Assembly (NCBI GenBank): GCA_943704415.1
Contig: CALSCO010000261.1
Coordinates: 1-44,174 of the forward strand
Length of the DNA stretch: 44,174 nt
Source: Parvularia atlantis
Lineage: Eukaryota
Reading direction: 5' to 3'
Below are positions 22,488-34,311 of the stretch, piece by piece. Position numbers and translations under genes: made by a program. Each line of letters starts with the position of its first letter. Positions within the stretch are counted from its first letter, which is position 1. The notes under the pieces were generated by a model. The model saw nothing but the letters and a program-made list of their open reading frames with translations, made no database searches and had not been told where the DNA came from.

Positions 22488-24983
22488 ATGGCTCGGGTGG
22501 AACGCGCCGCGTCGGCCACGGCGCTGCTCGAGCCCGCGCTGCGCGACTCGAGCGGCGTGTACGCGCACCACGAGGGCGCGGGGGCGGCCTCGACCACCGG
22601 CGGCGCGCGCTTCCGCGCCCCGATGCCGCCGACCGCCTTCGACTTTGAGGTCGAGGACCGGCGGCGCAGCGGCGGCGGCGGCGCGCCGGGCAGCCACAAG
22701 CCGTACGGCGTGACGTACCACCTGCTGCGCTGGTGCGGCTGTTGCTGCGCAGGAGGGCGGTGCGGGCTGACGTGCGCGCGCGGCGGTGGCAGGCCCATCC
22801 TCTACCTGCTCGCGCTGACGATCGCCGTCGAGCTCGCGGTCTACACGCTCGTGCGCTGGGTCATCAGCGTGTTCGAGTTCCGCAAGTACGCCGACGTGTG
22901 GCGGCTGTGGTCAGCCACGACGTACGACGAGTGGAAGGTGCGCGCGCGCCGCGCCGGGGAAGGGCCGGGTCGTCGGGAGTCGCTGACGGCGCGCGCGCCA
23001 GGCCGCCGCGATCACCGTGGACGAGCGTCACGGCAAGGACAAGTGGAAGCGCGAGGCCGAGAGCCCGTTCTACGATGCGGTGCTGATCCAGTCGGTCACG
23101 GGCAGCCTGCGCCACTCGCTCGCGCAGGGGCGCACGGGCGACCTGCGCCAGCTCATGCTCGTAGCCTGCCGCAACAACCTCGGCGGCATCGAGAACGAGC
23201 AGCTGTACTCACACACGTACTTTGGCACGAAGCGCCTCGTCAGCCTCTTTGTCGAGAGCGGTGCGCACGCACGGCGCGTGTGCCGCGACCGCAGCGCCTG
23301 ATCCCTCGTTGTGCAGTCGTGCGCAGCATCGACGCGCTCAGCGCGAGCACCGCAGTCGACAACAAGGCTGACCTCTTCCGCAAGCTGGCCAAGGCGTACG
23401 GCCGCACGGCGCTGTGCCTGAGCGGCGGCGCTTCGTTTGGTGCGGCGGACAGCTCCTGTGAAAAACAGCAGCAGCTGATGGCGGCGTCCAGGCTACTACC
23501 ACCTCGGCGTCGTCAAGGCGCTGCTCGAGGCCGACGTCCTCTCGACCGTCATCTCGGGCACGTCGGCCGGCTCGCTCATCGGTGCGTTCGTGTGCTGCCG
23601 CACGGACGAGGAGCTGCAGCAGGTAGGGCTCGCCTCGTACTGGCGTCGCGACACGTGCTGATGCTCTCGCGCGCCAGGCCCTCACGCCCGCCGTGCATCG
23701 GCACTTCAAGGCAAACGACGAGCCGATCCTCAAGGTGCTCATGCGCCTCGTGACCGAGGGCGTCATGTTTGACATCGGCCGGGTGCGTCGTTGCGCTCGT
23801 GTGCGCGCGCGCGGGGCAGCTGATGGCGTCTCGCGCAGTGGGAGCTCAAGATGAAGGAGCACATCACCTTTGGCAACACGACCTTCCTCGAGGCGTACGA
23901 GCGCACGGGCCGCATCCTCAACATCACCGTCTCGGCCGAGGAGAAGTTCAGCCCGCCGTTATTCCTCAACTACAAGGTGCTCCCGCTCGAGGTCCGTCTG
24001 CGCCCCCGAGGCTAGACGCGGACCGCTCGCAGACCACGCCGAACGTCGTCATCTGGTCGGCCGTGCTCGCGAGCTCGTCCGTGCCGTCGTTCCTGCCGCC
24101 GATCGAGCTCAAGGTGCGCCGACACCTGCCTGCGCGCCCCATCGCTGACACGCGCACACAGGCCAAGCGCGCCGACGGCACGCTCGAGCCGTTCAAAGAG
24201 GTCGGCAAGCGCTGGCGCGACGGCGTGCTGCGGCAGGACATCCCACTGACCGGTGCGCCGACCCGCGCCCGCGCAACGTGCGCATCACTCACCGCGAGCG
24301 CAGCGCTGCACCAGCTGTTTGGGGTCAACTACAGCATCGTCTCGCAGGTCAACCCGCACGTCATCCCGTTCTTCTTCGAGTCGCGCGGCTCGGGCGGCTC
24401 GCCGACGCTGCACTGGCACGGCGCAGGCTGGTGAGGCGTGCTGCGGGTGGCTGCGCTGCCGGGCTGACGCGGACGGGTGCGGACGGCAGGCGCGGCGGCT
24501 TCCTCGGCTCGGCGCTCGAGAACGCGCTCCGGCTCGACATGCGCAAGAACATCCAGCTGCTGCAGGACCTGAACCTGCTGCCGCGCGTGCTCGGGCAGGT
24601 GCGTTTGCGTGCTCACGCCGCGAGCCGAGCTGAGACAGGCGCCCGCGCGCAGGACTGGTCGTTTGCGTTCCTGCAGCAGTTTGGCGGCACGGTCACCATC
24701 GTCCCGCCTGTGCGCCTGCGCGACTACTTCCAGATCATCTTCGACCCGAACGAGCGGGTGCTCGCGGCCCCGCGCGGCCGTGTGAGCAGCGCTGACGCGG
24801 GCGGGCGCGCACGTGCAGTACATGGCCGACTACCTCCTCGGCGGGCAGCGCTCGACTTGGCCCAAGCTGTGCATGATCTCGAACCGGATCGCTATCGAGA
24901 AGGCGCTCATGCGCGCGTACGAGGCGCACCGGCCCAAGGGCGTGGCAGGGCTCGCGGCGAGCGCGTCGCAGACGCTCTTCTGA
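22488..24983 (+). CDS. Patatin-like triacylglycerol lipase (TGL3/4/SDP1 family), multi-exon
   Basis: N-terminal [34 protein letters not shown], nucleophile [36 protein letters not shown]. Stop 24981-24983. Confidence 0.93.
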
Positions 24984-25044
24984 ACATAGGACGCACGCTT
25001 AGCATGTCACAAAGTTGTAGCGCTTCACTGATGATGCCCGCTCG

Positions 25045-26134
25045 TCACTTCTGCTTCACGCAGCGCTTGTGCGCGATGTCGCAGTTGTAGCCGTTCGGGC
25101 AACTGCAAAGGCGTACTAGCGCTCAGCACCCCGCCACACCCAGCGGGGCGATGGCCGGGCGCACCAGTAGTCGCGGTCTTCGAGGCAGCACTGCGCGTCC
25201 GTGTACGGGCAGCACCCGGACGAGCCGTCGACCTGCGGGCAGCACGTGTCACCGTCAAGGCACGTGTTGCTCTCGCAGCCGTCGAGGGCGCCGCCGCCGG
25301 CCGAGCGCTGCGCCATCGCCACGTACAGCGGCTGCGCGCGTGCGGCGGCGTCAGCCCCGCGCGTTGTGCAAGCACGTGTTGTGCGCGCCTTGGTCAGGGC
25401 GGTCACGCTGGCGCTGTTGGGCAGGCAGAAGATGGCGTCGAGTGTGCAGCGGTAGCCGCTCGGGCAGCAGTTGATCTTGTCGGGGCAGCACGAGGCGTCC
25501 TGGCCGGTGACGTGAGCGTGTACGCACGACAAGCACGCCGTGTATGCGGACGCACGACGTAGGGGCAGCAGCCGTACGCGCCCGTCGTGAGCTGGCAGCA
25601 CGTCTGCGAGTTGGTGCACTCGGTGCCGTCGGGGCACGTATTCTCGCGCACGAGGCCGAGGCGCAGGCCGGCCCATGCGGCCCACGTCTGCTGCGCGGCG
25701 GCGAGCACGGCCTGGCTGCGCAGCGGCCGCACGCACGCGTCCTGCGCCGCGTCGTAGTACGGGAACGCCCCGTCGGCGCAGACGCGGCTGCCGTCGGCCG
25801 GCGCCGGGCGGGCGACGCGCGGGTCGAGGCAGCGGCCGGGCGCGCGCGGGTGACACGTCAGGCCCGCGGCGCAGCACGTCGCGCTGTCGGCGCAGCACTC
25901 GGCGCCCGCGAGCGGGCAGCACAGCTCGCCGCAGCACCTGGCCCGAGCGCGCACCGTCAGGACGCAGCCCGTGCGGGTGCTGCGCGCTTGCACGCACGTG
26001 GCGCCCGCAGCGCAGGCGAGGCCCATGTCGCCGCACAGGGCCGCGGCGAGCGCGGCGTGGCGCAGCGGCACGAGCGCGGCACAGGCGGCCGTCGCGGCCA
26101 CAAGCAGGAGCAGCGCAGGCAGTGCGACTCTCAT
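25045..26134 (-). CDS. GRN: Progranulin-like secreted protein with three granulin modules
   Basis: Signal peptide MRVALPALLLLVAATAACA. Three C-C-CC-CC-CC-CC-C-C modules, e.g. CPDGTECTNSQTCCQLTTGAYGCCPY..CCPDKINCCPSGYRC. Confidence 0.88.
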
Positions 26135-26175
26135 TCGAGCGACGACACAAAACGCCCGTCTCCTGCCCGCCCCGC

Positions 26176-26867
26176 TCACTTGCCGCCGGTCGTGCCCATG
26201 CCCATGGCCGTCTTGAACGTGTCGTAGATCCACCACTGCAGGCCCGTGAGCGTGCCGATCATGAGCACGCGCGTGCCCAGGCCCTTGGTCATCAGCGTGG
26301 GCCAGCCGACCTCGCCGATGATCTGGCCGACCGACTTGCCCTTGTTGGCCGACTTGCCCATCTGCGACACGAGCGAGTCGGCCGGGTGCGAGACGATGGC
26401 GCAGATGATGCCGGCGGTGTAGCCCGAGGCGAAGGTGATGCCAAGCTGCGTCGTCTTGGAGTAGGTCTCCTTGGGCGCGGTGAAGACGTGCGAGTAGAAC
26501 AGCTGCACGACCTTCTCGAAGAAGTAGAACTTGGCCACGGTGTAGGGGATCTGGCGCGACCACAGCGGCACGAGCGAGCCGAAGGGGAAGCGCGTGTCGA
26601 CCGCCGTCGCGCGCATCTGCGTCAGCGCCGCGCCAAACTCGGTCGGGAAGGTGCCGGCGGGGCTCGTCTGGACCTTGACCTTGACCATCTCGAGCGGGCA
26701 CAGGGCGATGTCCGCGAAGAACTCGGCGCTCGCGCTACCCGCGCACCAGATCAGGCCCTTGTACTTCTTCGAGTTCTCCTCGCCGGCCAGGTTCATGTAC
26801 ATGTCCTTGAAGATCTCGTACAGGCCGTACTTGAACGCGCCCTGCCGGCCGGCGCGTCAGTGTGTGC

Positions 26868-26902
<35 letters not shown>

Positions 26903-27434
26903 GCAGTGCCGGCACGCCACTGCCGCACCTGCGCCGAGTAGCCCAGCAGCGTCGGCAGCCAGCCCTTGGCGAGCGCGCCGGCGCCCTCCTCCTTGGCGAT
27001 GAGCTGCACGCCCTGGATCAGGCCCTTGTACTTGCCCGGGTTGACCTGCCTGCACGCGTGCGGACACGGTCAGCCGCGCGCGCACGCGTCTCTCGGCGGC
27101 GCTTCCCGCGACGCACATGTTGCACTTGGTGACTGCGGACGGCGAGAGCGGGAGGGCGCGAGCAGGGCGCGTGAGCAGGGGGAAAGATTTCGTGCGCAAC
27201 TTGGCGCACCGTCGAGCGGCGTCACGGCGAAGTGCGTCAGGCCGCACGCGAGGATGCCGCCCACGACGCACTTGCCGTAGTACCTGCGGGGAGGGCGCGG
27301 GCGCGGGCGCGGGTGCGGGCGCGGGCGCGGGGCTCAGCGACCCCGTCTGCCGCTCGCGAGGGACAAACGCACGAGATGTCGTGCGGCACGGCGCCGGCGA
27401 AGCGCGCGTCCCAGGGCTTCTTGTCACCGACCAT
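26176..27434 (-). CDS. SLC25A3: Mitochondrial phosphate carrier, multi-exon
   Basis: GGILACGLTHFAVTPLD, KGWLPTLLGYSAQGAFKYGLYE, SAEFFADIALCPLE, PLWSRQIPYT, AIVSHPAD, MIGTLTGLQWWIYD. Confidence 0.96.
26871..26900 (+). repeat. (TG)15 microsatellite in a phosphate-carrier intron
   Basis: Directly visible. Confidence 0.95.
27295..27330 (+). repeat. (GCGCGG)6 tandem repeat (one variant unit) in the first phosphate-carrier intron
   Basis: Directly visible. GGG runs separated by 3 nt. Confidence 0.9.
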
Positions 27435-27699
27435 TTTCGACGTGGGCGCGCGGCGCGGGCGAATGTGGCGGGGGAGGGGCGCGGAAGGCGAGACCCTGCG
27501 CGGCGCGAGCGAGGCGGGACACACGTGCGTGAGCCCACGTGGCCCTTCAGGCGGGGCGCGGTCAGCGGGCGCGCAGATCGTGTTTCGCGTGCGATGTGCA
27601 AAGGGCGGCCGCGGTTGATGACAACATGCCCGCGACGCGACGTCAACTCGATGCGCCGGACGGCCACTCTGGTCCACAATTGCGCGCTGACGTCTCGCG

Positions 27700-29688
27700 A
27701 TGGACGCCGGGCAGGTCGTGCTGGTGGCGCTGCAGGTGTGTGTGCGCTCACGCCGCAAAGGCCGGGCAGCGCTCACCTGTCGAGGCGCGCGCAGGCCGCC
27801 GTCAAGGTGTTCCTCGTCGTCTTGGTTGGCGTCGCCCTCACGCGCTACGGGCTGCTGCCGCCGCAGCTGCAGAAGGCGCGCACTGGAGCGCGGCGGAGCG
27901 GCACGGCACGCGCGCTGACACGTGCGCCTCTCGGCAGGGCGTGAGCACGCTCGTCGTCTACGTCTTCACGCCGGCGCTGCTCTTCGTCAAGGTGGCCGAG
28001 GTCATCTCGCCGCAGCGCCTGCTCAACTGGTGGCCGCTCGTGGTCTTTGTCGTGCTCTTCGTGCTCATGGCGTTTGTCGTCGGCTGGTTACTCGCTTTTG
28101 TGCTCGGCATGGGCTCGGTGCGCGCACTCGCCGCACCACGCCGCGCCGCGCATTCGCCGACGACCGCCGGCGCAGGCGCACCGCAACTTTGTCATCTCGG
28201 CGTTCGCGTTCCGCAACACCCAGTCGATCCCGCTCGCGCTCATGATGGAGCTGGCGGTCGGCCTGCCGATCCTGCTCATGGACGACAGGGACACGCCCGA
28301 GGACGTCGCGAACCGCGGCGAGGCGTACATCCTCTTCATCACGGGTGCGCGCGCGCTTTCGCCCATTCACTTGCGGTCTGAGCCTCCTCATCGCCGGCCG
28401 CAGCGCTCGTCAACGTGCTGCGCTGGACCGTCGGTGCGTGCGCCTTGCCCCGGGGTCGTCGCACGGGCGTGCTCATTGGGCGCGCAGGCTCGCGTCTGAT
28501 GGACCACAAGTACGCCGGCGCGAAGCCGCTGAAACTGTGCGGGCACGCCCGGCCCGGCTGCCGACGACGCTCACACGGCCGGCACGCACAGGTCAACGGG
28601 GCAGGACGACGCCGAAGATGCGGGCGCGCCGCAGGACAACGCCGGCAACGGCGAGCATATCGAGATCCGGCGCCTCACGCCCGAGCGCGCCGAGCTCGTG
28701 CGCCGCTCTGACCGCACGCGAGGGCAGCTGCTGACTGACGCCTGGTGCGCACGCAGCACGACCGGCTCGTGCGCGGCCTGTCGTTCGAGTTCCTCTACAT
28801 CGACGCCGACGAGGCCGAGATGATGATGTCCGAGACGCGCGGCCTGCTGGAGGAGCAGGAGGGCGAGGGCGACGCGGCGACGTGCCTGCGCCGGATGTGG
28901 CACCGCCTGAAGCGCTTCGTGCACAGTGCGTACGCCGCCGTGCGCCGCCGTGCACGGGCTGACTGACCCGCACACGGCGCGCACAGAGCTCAGCCCGCCC
29001 GTCGTCGCCATCGTACTCGCGCTCTTTGTGGGTCTCATTCCGCCGCTGCAGGCGCTGTTCTTCGGCGACAACGCGCCGCTGCGCTCGACGGTCACGTCGG
29101 CGCTCAACGCGTTCGCCGACTGCGCTGTGCCGAGCACGCTGCTCGTCCTGGGCGGACAGGTGCGGGTGTGCGCTGCGTCGCCAGCCGCTGACACGCCGAC
29201 GGCGGCGCAGCTGAGCAAGGGGCCCCAGCACGGAAACGCCAGCGGCTCGGCCGGCAAGGATGACATGCGGTGCGCCTCTTTGTCTTTGCGTGGCGTCTGC
29301 TCACCGTGCGCCGCGCAGCCCGGTCGGCTACGTCGCTGTGCTCTTCCTCACGCTCGTCGGGTCGCTGCTCGCGTGGATCCCGCTGGTGCAGCTGCTGGCC
29401 TGGGCCGCGCCGGGCTCGCTCATTCGTATGGACCTGACGATGCGCCTCGTGCTCATGCTCGAGAGCGCAATGCCCGCGGTGCGGCGCTGCGCTGCACCAT
29501 GCGCTGGCGGCGGCTGACGTCTGCGCGGGCGCCAGGCGGTCAACCTGCTGACGCTCGCGTCGCTCAACGGCTTCCTAGAGCAGACCGTCGCCAACGTGCT
29601 CTTCTACTCGTATACGCTCTCGGCCATCACGCTCACGGGCGCGACGGTCCTGATCGTGATCGTGCTCGAGAGTTACCCCATGGCATAG
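27700..29688 (+). CDS. Auxin efflux carrier family (PILS / yeast ECM3-like) membrane transporter, multi-exon
   Basis: VSTLVVYVFTPALLFVKVA, FRNTQSIPLAL, DTPEDVANRGEAYI, LRWTVG, SPPVVAIVLALFVGLIPPLQALFF, AVPSTLLVLGGQL, AMPAAVNL. Confidence 0.9.
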
Positions 29689-29706
29689 ATCCTTACGCAT
29701 GTTGTT

Positions 29707-31019
29707 CTACAGTTCAACGACCACGGGCGCATCCTCGCCGGTCTCGGGCTCGTCGTCGTCGGCTGCGGCCGCGGCTCGGTCACTGCTTGGCAGGACGACG
29801 ACGCCGAAGCGCGACTCGGCCAGCGTGCACAGCTCCTGGCAGGCCTCGCGCAGCCGGGCGGGCGCAGCGGCGGTGCGTGCGTTGCGCAGCAGCGCGGCGA
29901 GCGAGTGCGAGATGAAGTTGTCGGCCACGGCGTCGGGTGGCAGCAGGTCGACTGGCATCAAACTGAGGTGCACGCGCACGACGTCTGGCGGCGCGTTGGC
30001 CACGTCAGACGCAGCTACACCCACACGGGCGCGCGCGCGCGCACCGACGAAGGACACGAAGAGCTGCGGCGTCTGGCCCATCTGTTCGACGCACGAACAG
30101 AAGAGCACAAACAGGGCCTTCCACTGCTCGAAGCCGTCGTACATCTGCACGACGAGGAAGCACACGAACGCGAGCTGCAGCTCGCCCAGCAGGTGCTCTG
30201 TGCATCGTGGTCAGCGCACGGCGCGAGGGACGGCGGCTCCGTGCGCGCACCGGGCCGGTCGAAACGCGTGGCGAGCTGCCGCAGCAGCCAGCTCTTGTCG
30301 AGGCTGTACTGCGTCACCTGCGCCGGCGGCGCGCCCTTCGGGAACGAGCGCTTGAGGTCGAACGCGGACCACCGCACGTCGGACGGCGTCGGCGCTTCTG
30401 CCAGCGAGGCGTCCGTGCTCGCCGGCGCGCCCGCGTCCTCGGGCGGCATGCCGCTGACCCTGCCGGACGGCGGCAGGAGCAGCTCGAGCACGCGCGGCGC
30501 GATCAACCGCGACAGCGCCTGCCACACCGGGTGCACCTCGTCGAGCGGGTACGCGCCCATCGACGGCTCGAGCTCTGCGCCCGGGCCGGTTACACGCGCC
30601 AGCGCTCGAGCGGGGCAGCGCGCACCGCGCAGCGTGCTGTCGCTGAACACGACCGAGTCGTCCGCGATCAGCTCCTCGCGCTCGGTCGACCAGACGAGGT
30701 GGTGCACCTGGCGCGCCTGCAGCGTCACGAAGATGCCCGAACGTGCGCCGGGCTGGTCGCCGCTCTTGACCGGGCTGCGGCGCACGGGCGTCGCGTCACA
30801 CAGGCGCCCGTCACAGGCGCACGTCACAGGTCGCATCGCGCGCCTAAAGTAGACGAGGTGCAGCCCGGGCGGCAGCATCTTGACGCCGCGGAAGCGCTCG
30901 CCCACGCGCCACGCGCGGAAGTCGACGCCAAACTCGGTGTCGAGCGGGACGCCGTCGACGACGAGCTTGGCGCCGTGCACAAACAGCTCGACATTGCGCG
31001 CATCTTCCTCAGATTGCAT
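29707..31019 (-). CDS. AAR2: U5 snRNP assembly factor AAR2, multi-exon
   Basis: LFVHGAKLVVDGVPLDTEFGVDFRAWRVGERFRGVKMLPPGLHLVYF, MGAYP, VTQYSLDKSWLL, LLGELQLAFVCFL, FEQWK, DNFI. Confidence 0.93.
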
Positions 31020-32026
31020 GCCGAACAAGTGGGTGAAAGTCGAGGTAGGCGACGCGCCGCTGGTCATCGCCGCGCCGCACGGCGGCCACGCCAAGCCCGA
31101 CATGATCCCGCGCCGCTCGGGCCCCGGCGTCGTCATCGACGGCGACCTGCACACGCTCGAGCTGGCCGAGCGCCTGGCCGAGCGCTTCACGCAGCGCACG
31201 CGGCGGCACATGCATGTCGTGATCTGCAAGCTGCACCGCAGCCGCCTCGACGCGAACCGCGAGGCGCGCACGGCCGCGCTGGGCGACCCGGACGCTCACG
31301 CGGCGTGGGACGCGTACCACCGCGCGATCGAGCAGGCGGCTGGTGCGGTGCCGTTGTGGAGGTGCCGTTCAATCGCTGACGCCGCGCCGTATCAGCCCGC
31401 GTCGTGCAGCAGTGGGGCCGCGGGCTGATCGTCGACCTGCACGGTGCGGCGTGGCTGTGCAGGTGCGACTGCCGCTGATGCGTGCACATGTGTGTGCGCG
31501 CTTCCCAGGCCAGGGCCACCCCGAACGCTGGATCGAAATCGGGTACACCGTGCGCGACGTCGTGCTGCGCCGCCCGGACGCCGAGCTGGACGCGGCCAAG
31601 TCGTCGCCGCTGCTCACGACCGCGTCGATCGCGGGCCTCGTGCGCCGGCGCATGCAGGCCGGCGTCGCGCCGTCCGAGGTGCTGCGCGGGGCGAGCAGCC
31701 TCGGCGGGCTGCTGGAGGCGGCTGGGTACAGCGCGATCCCGTCGCCGCGGCACCCGCACGCGGCCGGCGGGCACTACTTCAGTGGCGGCTACACGTCGGC
31801 GCGGCACGGCTCGGCGTCGCAGCAGCGGGAGGACGTCGCGCAGGACGTGCACACGCCGATCGCGACCGCGCCGGGGCCGATCGACGCCGTGCAGCTCGAG
31901 CTGCCGCTGGCCGTGCGCGACCCGGCGAGCCCCGCGCGCGACGCGTTCTGCGACGTGCTGTGCGACGTGCTGCTGCGCTTCCTCGCGACGCACTACGGCC
32001 ACGACCACCCGGGCGCGCTGCTGTGA
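31018..32026 (+). CDS. N-formylglutamate amidohydrolase-like Zn hydrolase, 2 introns
   Basis: [70 protein letters not shown]. Confidence 0.85.
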
Positions 32027-32067
32027 GCGCCACTGGCACTTGTGGCAGACCACGTGGACCTGTCACG

Positions 32068-34280
32068 ATGCTCCTCCGTGGTCGCCTCGCTGTCACAGCT
32101 GTCGCGCGCCTCAGCACGGCCGCCGCCACCGGCGCCGCGCGCAAGCCGAGCGACAAGCTGTACGCGAGCGCGGCCGAGGCCGTGCGCGACGTCCCCGCAG
32201 GCGCGACGCTCGTCGTGGGCGGCTTTGGCGTGTGCGGCATCCCCGAGAACCTGCTCAAGGCCGTGCGCGATCTCGGCGTGAAGCAGCTGACCGTCGCGAG
32301 CAACAACTGCGGGTGCGCCGCGCACCGCGCCACCACGGGGCGCCGGGTGGCGGCTTAGACGGCCCACAGCCTCGAGGACGCTGGCCTCGGCATCCTGCTC
32401 AAGAACCGCCAGATCAAGCGCATGATCTCGTCCTACGTCGGCGAGAACGCCGAGTTTGAGCGGCAGTACCTCTCGGGCGAGCTCGAGGTCGAGCTGGTGC
32501 CGCAGGTGCGCCGCGGCTCTGTGGTGGTGACGGCCGCTCAGCGGGGCGCACGCACGCGCACAGGGCACCCTCGCCGAGAAGATGCGCGCGGGCGGCGCGG
32601 GCATCCCCGCCTTCTACACGCCAACCGCGCACGGCACGCAGATCCAGACCGGCGGCGTGCCGATCAAGTACAACAAGGACGGCTCCGTCGCCGTCACGTC
32701 GCTGCCGCGCGAGGTGCGCCAGTTTGCCGGCCGCAACTACATCCTCGAGGAGAGCATCCGCGGCGACTTTTCGCTCGTCAAGGCGTGGAAGGCCGACCCG
32801 GTCGGCAACCTGCTCTTCCGGTACGCGCTGCAGCACCGGCGCGGCACGACGCGCCCTGAGTGTCGGCGCGCGCGCGCAACAGCGGCTCGGCACGCAACTT
32901 CAACCCGCCCGCCGCCAAGGCCAGCAAGGTCACGATCGTCGAGGTCGAGGAGCTGGTACCGCTCGGCCACCTCAGCCCGAACGAGGTGCACGTGCCCGGC
33001 ATCTACGTGCACCGCCTCATCGTTGGTCCGTCGTACGAGAAGCGCATTGAGGTGGGTCTCACCGTGCTGCGGTCCGCAGCCGATCGCTCACCCGCGCGCC
33101 GTGCAGCGCCTCACGCTCTCGCCCGCCCCGGGCGCGGCCAACAACGCCGCGGGCGCCAAGCCCGACGCGGACGCGGCCAAGCGCGACTTGATCGCGCGCC
33201 GAGCCGCCAAGGAGTTCCAGGACGGCATGTACGGTGCGTTTGCACGAGCGTGTGCGCCCGTGCACCTGCGCACCGGCATGACCGCGCGCCGCAGTCAACC
33301 TCGGTATCGGCATGCCCACGCTCACGGCCAACCTGATCCCGAAGGGCATGACTGTGCACCTGCAGAGCGAGAACGGCATCCTGGGCCTCGTGCGTGCCGA
33401 CATCGCCCTCGCTGCGCACCGCTGACGCACCCGCGTGCAGGGCCCGTACCCGCAGCCGGGCCAGCAGGACCCTGACTTGATCAACGCCGGTGGGCCTGCG
33501 CGCGCTTCCCGCCGCGGCGCCGTGCTCACGCGCTCGCCGCGCGCAGGCAAGGAGACAGTAACGCTCATCCCCGGCTCGGCGCTGTTTGCGAGCGACGAGT
33601 CGTTTGCGATGATCCGCGGGTGCGCTGCGGGGCGCAGGGCTGTGCGCGCGCTGCTCACGCCGCGAGCGCACGCAGCGGCAAGGTCAACCTGACCATCCTC
33701 GGTGCGATGGAGGTCAGCGCCGGCGGCGACCTGGCCAACTGGATCATTCCGGTGCACACCGCTGGGCCGCTTGCCCGACCGTGTGTGCTGACACGCTCGC
33801 TCACCGCCAGCGCAAGATGGTCAAGGGCATGGGCGGCGCGATGGACCTGTGCTCGGGCGGGAGCCGCGTCGTGATCACAATGGAGCACACGGCCAAGGCA
33901 CGTCTCTGTGTGCGTGCGGCAAGGCTCGCACGCACTGACCACACCGCGCGCCCGCGCAGAACGGGAAATCCAAGATCCTGCCCAAGTGCACGCTGCCGGT
34001 CACGGGCGTGCAGTGCGTTAATCGGATCATCACCGAGCTGGTGCGCCGGCGAGGGCCTGGGCGCGTGTGCGCGGGCTGACGGGCGCGCACAGTGCGTCTT
34101 TGACGTCGTGCCGGGCAAGGGCCTGCTGCTCATCGAGGCGCGTCCGGCTATCTGCCGTGCTCGCCCGGTCGCGACTGACTTGGGAACACGCAGCTGGCCA
34201 AGGGCGTCGCGGTCGAGGACGTGCGCAGGAACACTGCCGCGCCGTTCGAGGTCGCGGGCACCCTCGGCAGCTTCGAGTGA
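32068..34280 (+). CDS. OXCT1: Mitochondrial succinyl-CoA:3-ketoacid CoA transferase (SCOT), multi-exon
   Basis: Presequence-like N-terminus, [48 protein letters not shown], catalytic [23 protein letters not shown]. Confidence 0.96.
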
Positions 34281-34311
34281 AGTCACTTTGTTGCCGCTGA
34301 GTGCGCTTGCG

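Noticed and set aside
27522..27541. Two CACGTG (Pho4-like E-boxes) upstream of the phosphate carrier
   Set aside because: CACGTG is common in this CG/CA-rich sequence, and enrichment cannot be shown by eye.
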